Source of the DNA: Chitinophagaceae bacterium
Lineage (GTDB): Bacteria > Bacteroidota > Bacteroidia > Chitinophagales > Chitinophagaceae
Assembly: GCA_019745155.1 (NCBI GenBank)
Contig: JAIETM010000010.1
Span: forward strand, 59,942 to 123,941
Reading direction: 5' to 3'
DNA length: 64,000 nt
Shown here one piece after another: positions 22,053 to 30,279 of this stretch (its first letter is position 1; every line of letters begins with the position of its first letter). A program made the position numbers and the translations under genes. The notes under the pieces are model-generated. The model saw only the letters and a program-made list of their open reading frames with translations, was not told the DNA's origin and did not search any database.

Positions 22053-22156
22053 GATAGGCCGAAAAAAATTTTTTCAAAATTTCTGTATAAGCCGGGTTAC
22101 CTTCTGTCGATTCCCGTATTAATATCAAAATTCACTCACAACAAAAGCTCATCAAA

Positions 22157-22339
22157 ATGAAAAAAGTACTTGCCTTACTGGCTATCGCCGGTTTCGTAGC
22201 TTGTAACAGTGGCGAAAGCACTGAAGCTAAAACTGATTCTCCTGCCGTTGCTGTTGATTCAACTGTAGCTCCTGCTGTTGACTCTGCTGCTCCTGCTGTT
22301 GATTCAGCTGCTGCCGCTGCTGATACTACCAAGAAGTAA
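22157..22339 (+). CDS. small low-complexity lipoprotein (60 aa)
   Basis: MKKVLALLAIAGFVAC lipobox-like signal and an A/P/V/D/S repeat tail. A terminator follows downstream. Confidence 0.55.
   Translation: MKKVLALLAIAGFVACNSGESTEAKTDSPAVAVDSTVAPAVDSAAPAVDSAAAAADTTKK
22268..22330 (+). repeat. three tandem 21-bp units (the third degenerate) encoding APAVDSA-type repeats
   Basis: gctcctgctgttgactctgct / gctcctgctgttgattcagct / gctgccgctgctgatactacc. Confidence 0.8.
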
Positions 22340-22443
22340 TTTCTCGGTACAGTGTGTAAGGGGTTCCTGCTTGCTGCCTAAGGGCGCCGAAAGGCCGGGA
22401 ACAGTGTGACTAAATATTTTCATATGGCAAGCAATCGTTAGAG

Positions 22444-22473
22444 GCCGTTCCGTTTCCACGGAAGGGCTTTTTT
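22444..22473 (+). terminator. intrinsic terminator of the small lipoprotein gene
   Basis: GCCGUUCCGU-UUCC-ACGGAAGGGC hairpin (one mismatch) followed by UUUUUU. Confidence 0.7.
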
Positions 22474-22539
22474 CGTTTTATACTAACGCTGGTTAGTGTT
22501 ATTCGACAAAAATTATTTCTATTCATTCAATTGGTTGGC

Positions 22540-22547
22540 TATATTTG
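22540..22547 (+). promoter_or_regulatory. candidate Bacteroidota -7 promoter box (TATATTTG)
   Basis: Matches TAnnTTTG and lies 8 nt upstream of the leader ATG. I see no good -33 TTTG, so the call is weak. If real, the leader mRNA would be nearly leaderless. Confidence 0.3.
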
Positions 22548-22554
22548 GTTCATC

Positions 22555-22647
22555 ATGCAGCAATTCATCCGTCATAGCTGGTTTTATTTTGGTTACTTTT
22601 TTTTCTATTTCAACAGAAATGGCCGGGTGGTGCTTGCTACAATCTAA
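22555..22647 (+). CDS. aromatic amino-acid operon leader peptide (30 aa)
   Basis: My translation is ATG CAG CAA TTC ATC CGT CAT AGC TGG TTT TAT TTT GGT TAC TTT TTT TTC TAT TTC AAC AGA AAT GGC CGG GTG GTG CTT GCT ACA ATC TAA = MQQFIRHSWFYFGYFFFYFNRNGRVVLATI. Ten of the eleven codons 9-19 are aromatic. The ORF overlaps the antiterminator and precedes the terminator and pheA. It is not in the ORF track, which lists only a 70-aa ORF in another frame. Confidence 0.7.
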   Translation: MQQFIRHSWFYFGYFFFYFNRNGRVVLATI

Positions 22648-22677
22648 ACTCAAACTAAAAAGCATACGATCCCGGCC
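22621..22677 (+). promoter_or_regulatory. antiterminator helix of the aromatic-operon attenuator
   Basis: GGCCGGG (22621-22627) is perfectly complementary to CCCGGCC (22671-22677), and UGCUU (22631-22635) to AAGCA (22660-22664). This helix sequesters the 5' arm of the terminator. The leader stop codon (22645-22647) lies in its loop. Confidence 0.6.
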
Positions 22678-22698
22678 TAAAGCCGGGATTTTTATTTT
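22669..22698 (+). terminator. attenuator terminator immediately upstream of pheA
   Basis: AUCCCGGC-CUAAA-GCCGGGAU perfect 8-bp hairpin followed by UUUUAUUUU, which runs straight into the pheA ATG at 22699. Confidence 0.7.
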
Positions 22699-23535
22699 AT
22701 GGCGATAAAAGTCTCGATACAGGGTTATGAAGGCAGTTTCCATCAGGTGGCAGCACGGCATCTGTTTGGAAAAGATGTGGAAGTGTTACCATGCGCCACT
22801 TTTCGTGAAGTGGTGAAACTCGCACTAGATAAGAAAGCCACTGACTTTGGTTTGATGGCTATTGAAAATTCTTTAGCCGGTAGTATTCTGCCCAACTATC
22901 ATCTTTTACAACAGAATAAACTGAAAGTGGTGGGCGAATTATACCTGCACATCAGTCAGAACCTCTTGGTGAACCCTGGTGTGAAGCTCGCTGATATCAA
23001 AGAAGTGCATAGTCACCCCATGGCCTTACTACAGTGTTTGGATTTTTTAGGTAAGCATGCATTCAAACTGGTAGAAACAGAAGATACTGCGCTTAGTGCG
23101 AAACACCTGCACCAACATCGAAGTAAAACTACCGCGGCAATCGCCAGTAAATTGGCTGCTGAATTATATGGACTGAAAGTGCTGGCGCCCGATATTCAAA
23201 CGCAGAAAAACAATATCACTAGATTCTTGGTGTTACGAAGAGAGAAAGAAGCAGTTATTCCACAAAACGCAGATAAGGCATCCGTATATTTTCAAACCAA
23301 TCATACCAAAGGTATACTGGCAAAAGTCTTGGGCATCATAGCAGAAGGTGGAATCAATCTGAGCAAGCTGCAAAGCATGCCCATACCAGGCAGCAACTTT
23401 AAATATGGTTTTTATGCTGATATGGAGTTTCAGGAAGTTGCACAGTTTGAAGCAGTAATGGAATCATTAGAATCAGCAACCAATAATCTTCGGGTATTTG
23501 GTATGTATAAAAAAGGAAAACGCATCAAAGGATGA
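22699..23535 (+). CDS. pheA: prephenate dehydratase (with C-terminal ACT domain)
   Basis: IQGYEGSFHQVAA, AIENSLAGSI, TRFLVL and an ACT-like C-terminus. Confidence 0.92.
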   Translation: MAIKVSIQGYEGSFHQVAARHLFGKDVEVLPCATFREVVKLALDKKATDFGLMAIENSLAGSILPNYHLLQQNKLKVVGELYLHISQNLLVNPGVKLADIKEVHSHPMALLQCLDFLGKHAFKLVETEDTALSAKHLHQHRSKTTAAIASKLAAELYGLKVLAPDIQTQKNNITRFLVLRREKEAVIPQNADKASVYFQTNHTKGILAKVLGIIAEGGINLSKLQSMPIPGSNFKYGFYADMEFQEVAQFEAVMESLESATNNLRVFGMYKKGKRIKG

Positions 23536-24695
23536 GTATACAGATTAGTACAGCAAAGCGATTAGATGGTATTGGCGAATACTATTTCTCACAAAAGTTA
23601 AGAGAAATCGAACTATTGAATCAGCAAGGAAAGCAGATCATTAATTTGGGTATTGGTAGTCCCGATTTACCACCACACCCTGATGTGATTCGCGTTTTGC
23701 AAGAGGAGAGTGCCAAGCCTAATACACATGCTTATCAATCATACAAAGGTTCACCTGTATTGCGCAAAGCTGTAACCGATTGGTATCAGCGTTGGTATAA
23801 TGTTTCTTTAAATCCAGATACAGAAGTGCTGCCATTGATTGGTAGTAAAGAAGGTATTATGCATATCTGCATGACTTACTTGAATGATGGCGATCAGGCA
23901 TTGATTCCCGATCCGGGTTATCCTACTTATAGCAGTGCTGTGAAGTTAGCAGGTGGTGAACCTGTGCCTTATCACCTGAGTGAAGCACACGGTTGGTTTC
24001 CTGATTTTGCTTTACTTGAAGAGATGGATTTACGAAAGGTGAAATTGATGTGGGTGAATTATCCGCATATGCCTACCGGACAAGTACCTGATACCAGTAA
24101 GTTTGAAGAGTTAGTGGCATTTGGTAGAAAACACCATATCCTAATCTGCCATGATAATCCCTACAGTTTCATCTTGAATGAACAACCAACCAGTTTGCTG
24201 GCTGTAGATGGTGCAAAAGATGTAGTACTTGAGTTGAACTCACTCAGTAAGAGTAAAAATATGGCTGGCTGGCGTGTAGGTATGTTGTGTGCGGCTAAAG
24301 AAAGAATCAATGAAGTCTTACGCTTTAAAAGTAATATGGACAGTGGTATGTTTTTGCCAGTGCAGTTGGCTGCAGCAAAAGCATTGAGTTTGGATAAATC
24401 ATGGTATGATGAAGTAAATGCTATTTATGCAGCAAGAAGGGAAAAAGTGTTTGAATTGCTCAACTTATTGAAATGTCGCTACAGCAAAGATCAGGTGGGT
24501 ATGTTTGTTTGGGCATCAATACCGGAAGGTGAAGTGAGTGGATATAGTTTGAGCGACAAAATCCTATATGGTGCGAACGTGTTTATTACACCAGGCGGCA
24601 TTTTTGGTAAAGCAGGTGAACAATATATCCGCATCAGTCTTTGCGGCAGTGTTACTTTATTTGAACAAGCGATTGAAAGAATACAACAATTATGA
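23532..24695 (+). CDS. class I/II PLP-dependent aminotransferase (probable aromatic/prephenate aminotransferase)
   Basis: NPYSF and LNSLSKSKNMAGWRVG (PLP-binding lysine) motifs. ATGA overlap with pheA. The operon context suggests an aromatic substrate. Confidence 0.85.
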   Translation: MSIQISTAKRLDGIGEYYFSQKLREIELLNQQGKQIINLGIGSPDLPPHPDVIRVLQEESAKPNTHAYQSYKGSPVLRKAVTDWYQRWYNVSLNPDTEVLPLIGSKEGIMHICMTYLNDGDQALIPDPGYPTYSSAVKLAGGEPVPYHLSEAHGWFPDFALLEEMDLRKVKLMWVNYPHMPTGQVPDTSKFEELVAFGRKHHILICHDNPYSFILNEQPTSLLAVDGAKDVVLELNSLSKSKNMAGWRVGMLCAAKERINEVLRFKSNMDSGMFLPVQLAAAKALSLDKSWYDEVNAIYAARREKVFELLNLLKCRYSKDQVGMFVWASIPEGEVSGYSLSDKILYGANVFITPGGIFGKAGEQYIRISLCGSVTLFEQAIERIQQL

Positions 24696-25540
24696 CAGCG
24701 GCGATTATTGGTACAGGTTTGATAGGTGGCTCAATGGCCATAGCATTAAAAGCACATGGCTTGGCAGATACGATTATAGGTGTTGACGCAAGCGAAGCGC
24801 ACGCATTACGAGCATTGGAATTGCAATTGGTTGATCAGGTGCTTCCATTGAAAGAGGCAGTACAAGCAGCAAAGCTGGTGGTGATGGCAGTGCCTGTGGA
24901 TGCGATGAATGAATTATTACCACAAGTATTACAGGCAGCTAATCAGCAGCAAGTTGTTATGGATGTTGGCTCTACCAAAGAACCCATCTGTGCATTGGCA
25001 GCGGTTTGCGATAATGCGGGGCGTTTTGTTGCTACGCACCCCATGTGGGGTACGGAGTTCAGTGGCCCTGATGCAGCAGTGAAAGGTGCGTTCAGCGGTA
25101 AAGCAACAGTGATTTGTAATAAAGAAGCAAGTGATGCAGATGCTGTAGCCTTGGTTGAACAAATCTATCAGAAGTTACAGATGCATATTTTGTATATGAC
25201 AGCAGCAGCACACGATGTGCATGTGGCCTATATTAGTCATATCTCGCACATCACTTCATTTGCATTGGCCAATACTGTATTGGAGAAAGAAAAAGAAGAA
25301 GATGCCATTTTTGAATTGGCGAGTGGTGGTTTTGAGAGTACGGTACGTCTGGCAAAGAGTAACCCCGCTATGTGGGTGCCTATTCTGATGCAGAACAGGG
25401 AAAATGTATTGGATGTTTTAAATGAACATATTTCACAGCTGCGCAAATTCAAAGCCTGTCTGGAAAAAGAGAACTATGATTACCTGCGCGAATTGATGGA
25501 ACAAGCTAATACCATTCGTAAAGTCCTGAACAGAAATTAA
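24692..25540 (+). CDS. tyrA: prephenate dehydrogenase
   Basis: IIGTGLIGGSMA Rossmann motif, DVGSTK and HPMWG. ATGA overlap with the upstream gene. Confidence 0.9.
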   Translation: MTAAIIGTGLIGGSMAIALKAHGLADTIIGVDASEAHALRALELQLVDQVLPLKEAVQAAKLVVMAVPVDAMNELLPQVLQAANQQQVVMDVGSTKEPICALAAVCDNAGRFVATHPMWGTEFSGPDAAVKGAFSGKATVICNKEASDADAVALVEQIYQKLQMHILYMTAAAHDVHVAYISHISHITSFALANTVLEKEKEEDAIFELASGGFESTVRLAKSNPAMWVPILMQNRENVLDVLNEHISQLRKFKACLEKENYDYLRELMEQANTIRKVLNRN

Positions 25541-25568
25541 ACATCATCATACAATCAAATATCTTTAT

Positions 25569-26654
25569 ATGCAAGCAACCGCAACCATGAAAGAAAAAGT
25601 ACAAGCCATTTTATCCAAAGCGCCCATTATTATTTCGGGGCCCTGCAGTGCAGAAACTGAAGAGCAATTATTGGCAACTGCGCAACGATTAGCTAACACA
25701 GGTAAAATTGATATGCTGCGTGCAGGTATCTGGAAACCTAGAACACGTCCCGGAAGTTTTGAAGGAGTAGGTGTAAAGGGGTTACCTTGGTTATTACAAG
25801 CCAAGAAAATTACCGGCTTGCCTACAACGGTGGAAGTGGCTACAGGCAAACAAGTGGAAGATGCTTTGAATTTTGATGTAGATGTGTTGTGGGTTGGTGC
25901 AAGAACAACGGTGAATCCTTTTTCAGTGCAAGAAGTTGCTGACGCATTACGCGGTGTGGATGTACCTGTCTTGATCAAAAATCCGATTAACCCTGATTTA
26001 GAATTGTGGACAGGTGCAGTAGAACGTATTGCTAAAGCAGGTATCAAGACAATCGGTTTAATCCATCGTGGCTTTAGTTCTTATGGCAATACGGAATACC
26101 GTAATGCGCCTATGTGGCACTTAGCGATTGAGATGAAGCGCCGCAATCCCGGTATGATCATGATCAATGATCCATCGCATATTTCAGGTAGAAGAGATAT
26201 TTTGTTAGATGTATCCCAGAAAGCTATCAACCTCGATTTTGATGGTTTGATGATTGAATCGCATATTGATCCGGATAATGCGTGGAGTGATGCGAAACAG
26301 CAGGTTACGCCTGAGCGTTTGGTTGAAATGCTGGAGGAAATTGTTTGGAGAAAAGAAGATGTGGATTCAGAAGCATTTCATGCTGCATTAGAGAAGCTGC
26401 GTCAGCAGATCAATCATTTGGATGATGAATTGATGCAGTTGTTGGGACAAAGAATGAAGATTGCAGAGAAGATTGGTCAGTATAAGAAGGACAACAATAT
26501 CACCATTCTGCAAACGAATCGCTGGAATGAGATTTTGGAGCGCGCGTATAGGAAAGGCGATGTGTTGGGCTTGAGTAAAGAGTTTGTTACCAAGTATCTA
26601 GATGCAGTGCATTTGGAAAGTATCAACCATCAGAATAGAATCATGAACGATTGA
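25569..26654 (+). CDS. bifunctional 3-deoxy-7-phosphoheptulonate (DAHP) synthase (type I-beta, KDOPS-like) / chorismate mutase
   Basis: N-terminus has ISGPCSAE, GIWKPRTRP and DPSH motifs. The C-terminal ~90 aa (LRQQINHLDDELMQLLGQRMKIAEKIGQYK...) look like an AroQ-type chorismate mutase. Confidence 0.88.
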   Translation: MQATATMKEKVQAILSKAPIIISGPCSAETEEQLLATAQRLANTGKIDMLRAGIWKPRTRPGSFEGVGVKGLPWLLQAKKITGLPTTVEVATGKQVEDALNFDVDVLWVGARTTVNPFSVQEVADALRGVDVPVLIKNPINPDLELWTGAVERIAKAGIKTIGLIHRGFSSYGNTEYRNAPMWHLAIEMKRRNPGMIMINDPSHISGRRDILLDVSQKAINLDFDGLMIESHIDPDNAWSDAKQQVTPERLVEMLEEIVWRKEDVDSEAFHAALEKLRQQINHLDDELMQLLGQRMKIAEKIGQYKKDNNITILQTNRWNEILERAYRKGDVLGLSKEFVTKYLDAVHLESINHQNRIMND

Positions 26655-26656
26655 TC

Positions 26657-27679
26657 ATGCAACAAAAACAATTTCAATTCTCAGATAAGCGGGTGTCCTA
26701 TTATTTTGATGCCGATAGCAAACAGCTAAAGCAATTCTGTGATCCTGCGCATACCATTTTCATTACCGATGAGCATGTGCATGCAGCACATGGAAAAAAG
26801 TGGAAGGGCTGGAAAACCATCGTACTCAAAGCAGGTGAGGAATATAAACTGCAGCAAACAGTGGATGCGGTGATTGATACTTTGATAGAGATGGAAGCTG
26901 ATCGAAAGACTATGCTAGTGGGTATAGGTGGTGGCGTTATTACCGACTTAACAGGTTATATCGCTGCGATCTATATGCGCGGTATTCGTTTTGGTTTTGT
27001 ACCAACTACATTATTATCGATGGTAGATGCATCTATCGGCGGTAAGAATGGGGTAGACGTAGGGGTTTATAAAAATTTGGTTGGCACCATACGTCAGCCT
27101 GAATTTATTCTTTTCGATACGGTTTTGTTAAAGACTTTACCTGATCCAGTTTTTCGTGACGGATTTACAGAAATCATCAAACATGCGGCCATTCTGGATG
27201 CGCCTATGTTCAAATGGCTGGAAGCGCAAACACCAAAGAAATTGCGCAGCAACAAAGCAGCGATGAACTGGTTGGTTACACGTAATGCTGTGTTGAAATC
27301 CAAACTGGTGCAGCGCGATGAATTTGAGCAGGGCGATCGTAAGCTGTTGAATTTTGGACATACACTCGGACATGCATTGGAAAACCAATATGAATTATCG
27401 CATGGTGAAGCGGTGGCTATTGGCATGACATACGCTGCACATTTCTCAGAAAAATATACCAAGTTCAAGCAGACTGATCGATTAACTGCATTATTGACGC
27501 AGTATGGGTTGCCTACTTATGCCGCTTTTGATGCACAAAAAGTATTTGATGTATTGAAGCATGATAAGAAGCGTAGTCGTACTTCAATGCAATATGTGTT
27601 ATTGCAAAAAATAGGTAAAGCAGTAATTCAACCCATTGCTTTAACCGAATTGGCACAAATGATTCAAGCTATCAAATGA
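26657..27679 (+). CDS. aroB: 3-dehydroquinate synthase
   Basis: GIGGGVITDLTGY, VDASIGGKNGV, NFGHTLGHALE. The track start at 26651 is TTG, and I prefer the ATG at 26657. Confidence 0.92.
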   Translation: MQQKQFQFSDKRVSYYFDADSKQLKQFCDPAHTIFITDEHVHAAHGKKWKGWKTIVLKAGEEYKLQQTVDAVIDTLIEMEADRKTMLVGIGGGVITDLTGYIAAIYMRGIRFGFVPTTLLSMVDASIGGKNGVDVGVYKNLVGTIRQPEFILFDTVLLKTLPDPVFRDGFTEIIKHAAILDAPMFKWLEAQTPKKLRSNKAAMNWLVTRNAVLKSKLVQRDEFEQGDRKLLNFGHTLGHALENQYELSHGEAVAIGMTYAAHFSEKYTKFKQTDRLTALLTQYGLPTYAAFDAQKVFDVLKHDKKRSRTSMQYVLLQKIGKAVIQPIALTELAQMIQAIK

Positions 27680-28959
27680 GGGTTCATATTCAACCAGGAA
27701 ATATTGGCGGCCTTATTGTTGCGCCGGCCTCTAAAAGTGCCATGCAGCGTGCATGTGCAGCTGCTTTATTGGCTAAAGGTGTGAGTGTATTAAAGAATCC
27801 CGGCAAGAGTAAAGACGATCTGGCAGCTATTGATACCATTCAAAGATTGGGTGCTAATGTGACAACTGCAGCGGATGGTAGTTTGCAAATTCAATCATAT
27901 GGGATCGAACCAAAAGAAGCCTTTGTGCATTGCGGTGAAAGTGGTTTGGGCATTCGTATGTTCACGCCTTTGATTGCATTGTATGATCAGGCAATTAGGA
28001 TCACAGGTGAGGGCAGTCTAACTACAAGACCCATGGATTTTTTTGATGCCATCTTACCGCAGTTGCAGGTGGATGTACAGTCAAACGGAGGAAAATTACC
28101 AATAGTGGTGAAAGGCCCATTGCAGCCGAAAGATATTGAGGTAGATGGTTCTTTGAGTTCGCAGTTTTTGACTGGTCTCATCATGGCTTATGCTGGTGCA
28201 GGCGCTGATGGTGTCACCATCACAGTGAAAGAGCTGAAGAGCAAACCATATATTGATTTAACCCTACATGTTTTATCGGCTTTTGGTGCGAATGTTACGC
28301 ATACCAATCATGAGCAATTTCATTTTCATGGCAGTAAGAGTATCATTCAGCCTGCAACCTATACAGTAGAGGGTGATTGGAGTGGTGGGGCTTTCTTGCT
28401 TGTTGCAGGGGCTTTAGCAGGAGAGACTATAGTAAAGGGGTTGGATCCTTTTTCTACACAAGCAGATAAAGCCATTTTACATGCATTGATGGATGCTGGT
28501 GTGCGCATGAGTATCGAAGAGGGACAAATTACTGTTCGTCCAAGTGAATTACAAGCATTTCAGTTTGACGCAACTGATTGTCCGGATTTGTTTCCCCCAT
28601 TGGTAGCATTGGCTGTGTATTGTCAAGGTACTTCTGTTATACAAGGGGTATCGCGCTTAGCACATAAGGAAAGTAATCGCGGTTTAACACTGCAAGAGGA
28701 ATTTGGTAAAATGGGTGCTGTTATCAAGTTGCAGGATGATTTGATGATTATTGAAGGAGCTAGACCTTTGCATGGGGCAGCGGTGCATTCAAGACATGAT
28801 CATCGCATTGCGATGGCATGTGCAGTTGCTGCTTTAAAAGCTGAAGGTAAAACAAGCATTGACGATGCGGAAGCCATCAATAAATCCTATCCTAATTTTT
28901 ATGATCACTTACAGCGCTTAGGTGCCCATGTTATGGTAGATGCAACAAACAATTCATAA
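27676..28959 (+). CDS. aroA: 3-phosphoshikimate 1-carboxyvinyltransferase (EPSP synthase)
   Basis: APASKSAMQRA, LTTRPM, HKESNR and DHRIAMA motifs. ATGA overlap with aroB. Confidence 0.93.
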   Translation: MRVHIQPGNIGGLIVAPASKSAMQRACAAALLAKGVSVLKNPGKSKDDLAAIDTIQRLGANVTTAADGSLQIQSYGIEPKEAFVHCGESGLGIRMFTPLIALYDQAIRITGEGSLTTRPMDFFDAILPQLQVDVQSNGGKLPIVVKGPLQPKDIEVDGSLSSQFLTGLIMAYAGAGADGVTITVKELKSKPYIDLTLHVLSAFGANVTHTNHEQFHFHGSKSIIQPATYTVEGDWSGGAFLLVAGALAGETIVKGLDPFSTQADKAILHALMDAGVRMSIEEGQITVRPSELQAFQFDATDCPDLFPPLVALAVYCQGTSVIQGVSRLAHKESNRGLTLQEEFGKMGAVIKLQDDLMIIEGARPLHGAAVHSRHDHRIAMACAVAALKAEGKTSIDDAEAINKSYPNFYDHLQRLGAHVMVDATNNS

Positions 28960-28980
28960 GTTTACAAGACAGTCATTTAT

Positions 28981-29979
28981 ATGAATACATTCGGTCGCTT
29001 ATTCCGACTCAGCATATTTGGCGAATCACATGGTCCTGCAGTTGGCATCACCATTGATGGCGTGCCTGCAGGTATATCTCTGCGTAGTGATGATTTTATC
29101 ACAGACATTGAACGCAGAAAGGGTGGTGTACAAAAAGGCACTACCCCAAGGCAGGAATCTGATATGCCGATATTTCAATCAGGGGTGTTTAATGATATCA
29201 CTACTGGTGCACCATTGACCATGTTGTTTGAAAACAAGAACACACGTTCCGGTGATTATGAGAAGCAAAGAGCCATTCCACGTCCAGGTCATGCAGATTT
29301 TGTAGCGCATCAGAAGTTTGGTGGTTTTGAAGACTACAGAGGTGGTGGGCATTTCAGTGGAAGACTCACTGTTTGTTTGGTGGGTGCCGGCGTGGTTGCT
29401 AAAAAAATATTACAAGAAATTTCTGTACAAGCATCGATTCTCTCCATAGCTGGCGAAGCAGATCCGGACAAAGGATTACAGAAAGCGATTGATGCGAAAG
29501 ATTCTGTAGGTGGAATTGTTGAGTGTCGTGTTACGGGTTTACCAGCCGGATTAGGTGAACCATTTTTTGATTCAGTAGAATCTTTGATTAGTCACGCAGT
29601 CTTTGCCATTCCTGCCATTAAAGGCATTGAATTCGGTGCGGGCTTTGCTGCAGCCAATATGTTTGGCAGCGAACATAATGATGCAATTCTGGATGGAACA
29701 GGAGCAACTAAAACCAATCATGCAGGGGGCATTGTTGGCGGCATTACCAATGGGAATGAATTGGTTTTTCGGGTAGTGGTGAAGCCTACTTCTTCTACAC
29801 CAAAAGAACAAACAACCTATAACTGGGAAACAGATACCCAGGATATACTTTCGGTAAAGGGCAGACATGATCTCTGTATTGCTTTGCGTGTGCCTGTGGT
29901 GTTAGAGTCAGTTACAGCTTGTGTGCTCGCAGATTTATTATTGATGGAACAAAAAATAAAAAGGGTTTGGAATGGCTGA
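28981..29979 (+). CDS. aroC: chorismate synthase
   Basis: FGESHGPAVG, RPGHADF and GRHDLC motifs. At 332 aa it is at the short end for the family. Confidence 0.92.
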   Translation: MNTFGRLFRLSIFGESHGPAVGITIDGVPAGISLRSDDFITDIERRKGGVQKGTTPRQESDMPIFQSGVFNDITTGAPLTMLFENKNTRSGDYEKQRAIPRPGHADFVAHQKFGGFEDYRGGGHFSGRLTVCLVGAGVVAKKILQEISVQASILSIAGEADPDKGLQKAIDAKDSVGGIVECRVTGLPAGLGEPFFDSVESLISHAVFAIPAIKGIEFGAGFAAANMFGSEHNDAILDGTGATKTNHAGGIVGGITNGNELVFRVVVKPTSSTPKEQTTYNWETDTQDILSVKGRHDLCIALRVPVVLESVTACVLADLLLMEQKIKRVWNG

Positions 29980-30274
29980 TTTGATTTATCATGTAACGAC
30001 ACAGCAAGCATGGGATGATGCAGTTGCTAAAGGTTTTTATGCAGCTCCTTCTTTAGCGATAGAAGGGTTTATTCATTGCAGTACGGCTGATCAGGTAGCT
30101 GGTGTTTTAGAAAGATATTATCAAGGTGTGCCTAATTTAGTTAAGCTGGTGATAGATCCTGATTTACTCAAAAGTGAATTGAAATTTGAACTAGCACCTT
30201 CGGTGAATGAGTTATTTCCGCATGTGTTTGGCAATATCAATCTGGATGCTGTAGTTACGATTCAAAACATCTAG
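29972..30274 (+). CDS. DUF952 domain-containing protein
   Basis: IYHVTTQQAWD...EGFIHCSTADQV pattern. Overlaps the aroC stop by 8 nt (AATGGCTGA). Confidence 0.7.
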   Translation: MADLIYHVTTQQAWDDAVAKGFYAAPSLAIEGFIHCSTADQVAGVLERYYQGVPNLVKLVIDPDLLKSELKFELAPSVNELFPHVFGNINLDAVVTIQNI

Positions 30275-30279
30275 TAGTC

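Noticed and set aside
22345-22440. Possible SRP (4.5S) RNA, suggested by a GNRA tetraloop hairpin (GCC-GAAA-GGC) followed by GGGAACAG.
   Set aside because: After aligning the tetraloops with the E. coli domain IV consensus (GGUCAGGUCC-GGAA-GGAAGCAGCC), the conserved AGCA 3' loop and the symmetric loop geometry are absent. The flanking ACAGTGTG copies are direct repeats rather than inverted, so no closing helix 5 can form.
22496-22708. 70-aa ORF from the track spanning the pheA upstream region.
   Set aside because: It starts at a non-ATG codon and runs across the terminator hairpin and into pheA, with no recognisable features. The 30-codon aromatic-rich ORF in another frame, together with the alternative hairpins, explains the region much better.
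25565-26047. Long antisense ORFs inside well-supported genes (25565-26047; also 44130-44804, 32373-32936, 15274-15744, 10627-11007, 1258-1599).
   Set aside because: Each lies opposite a gene with strong family motifs (DAHP synthase, M14 peptidase, OmpA/TSP3, bioB, lon, kdsA). Their compositions are low-complexity or Cys/Ser-rich, as expected for spurious shadow ORFs. The one at 32373-32936 is produced by the TSP3 repeats.
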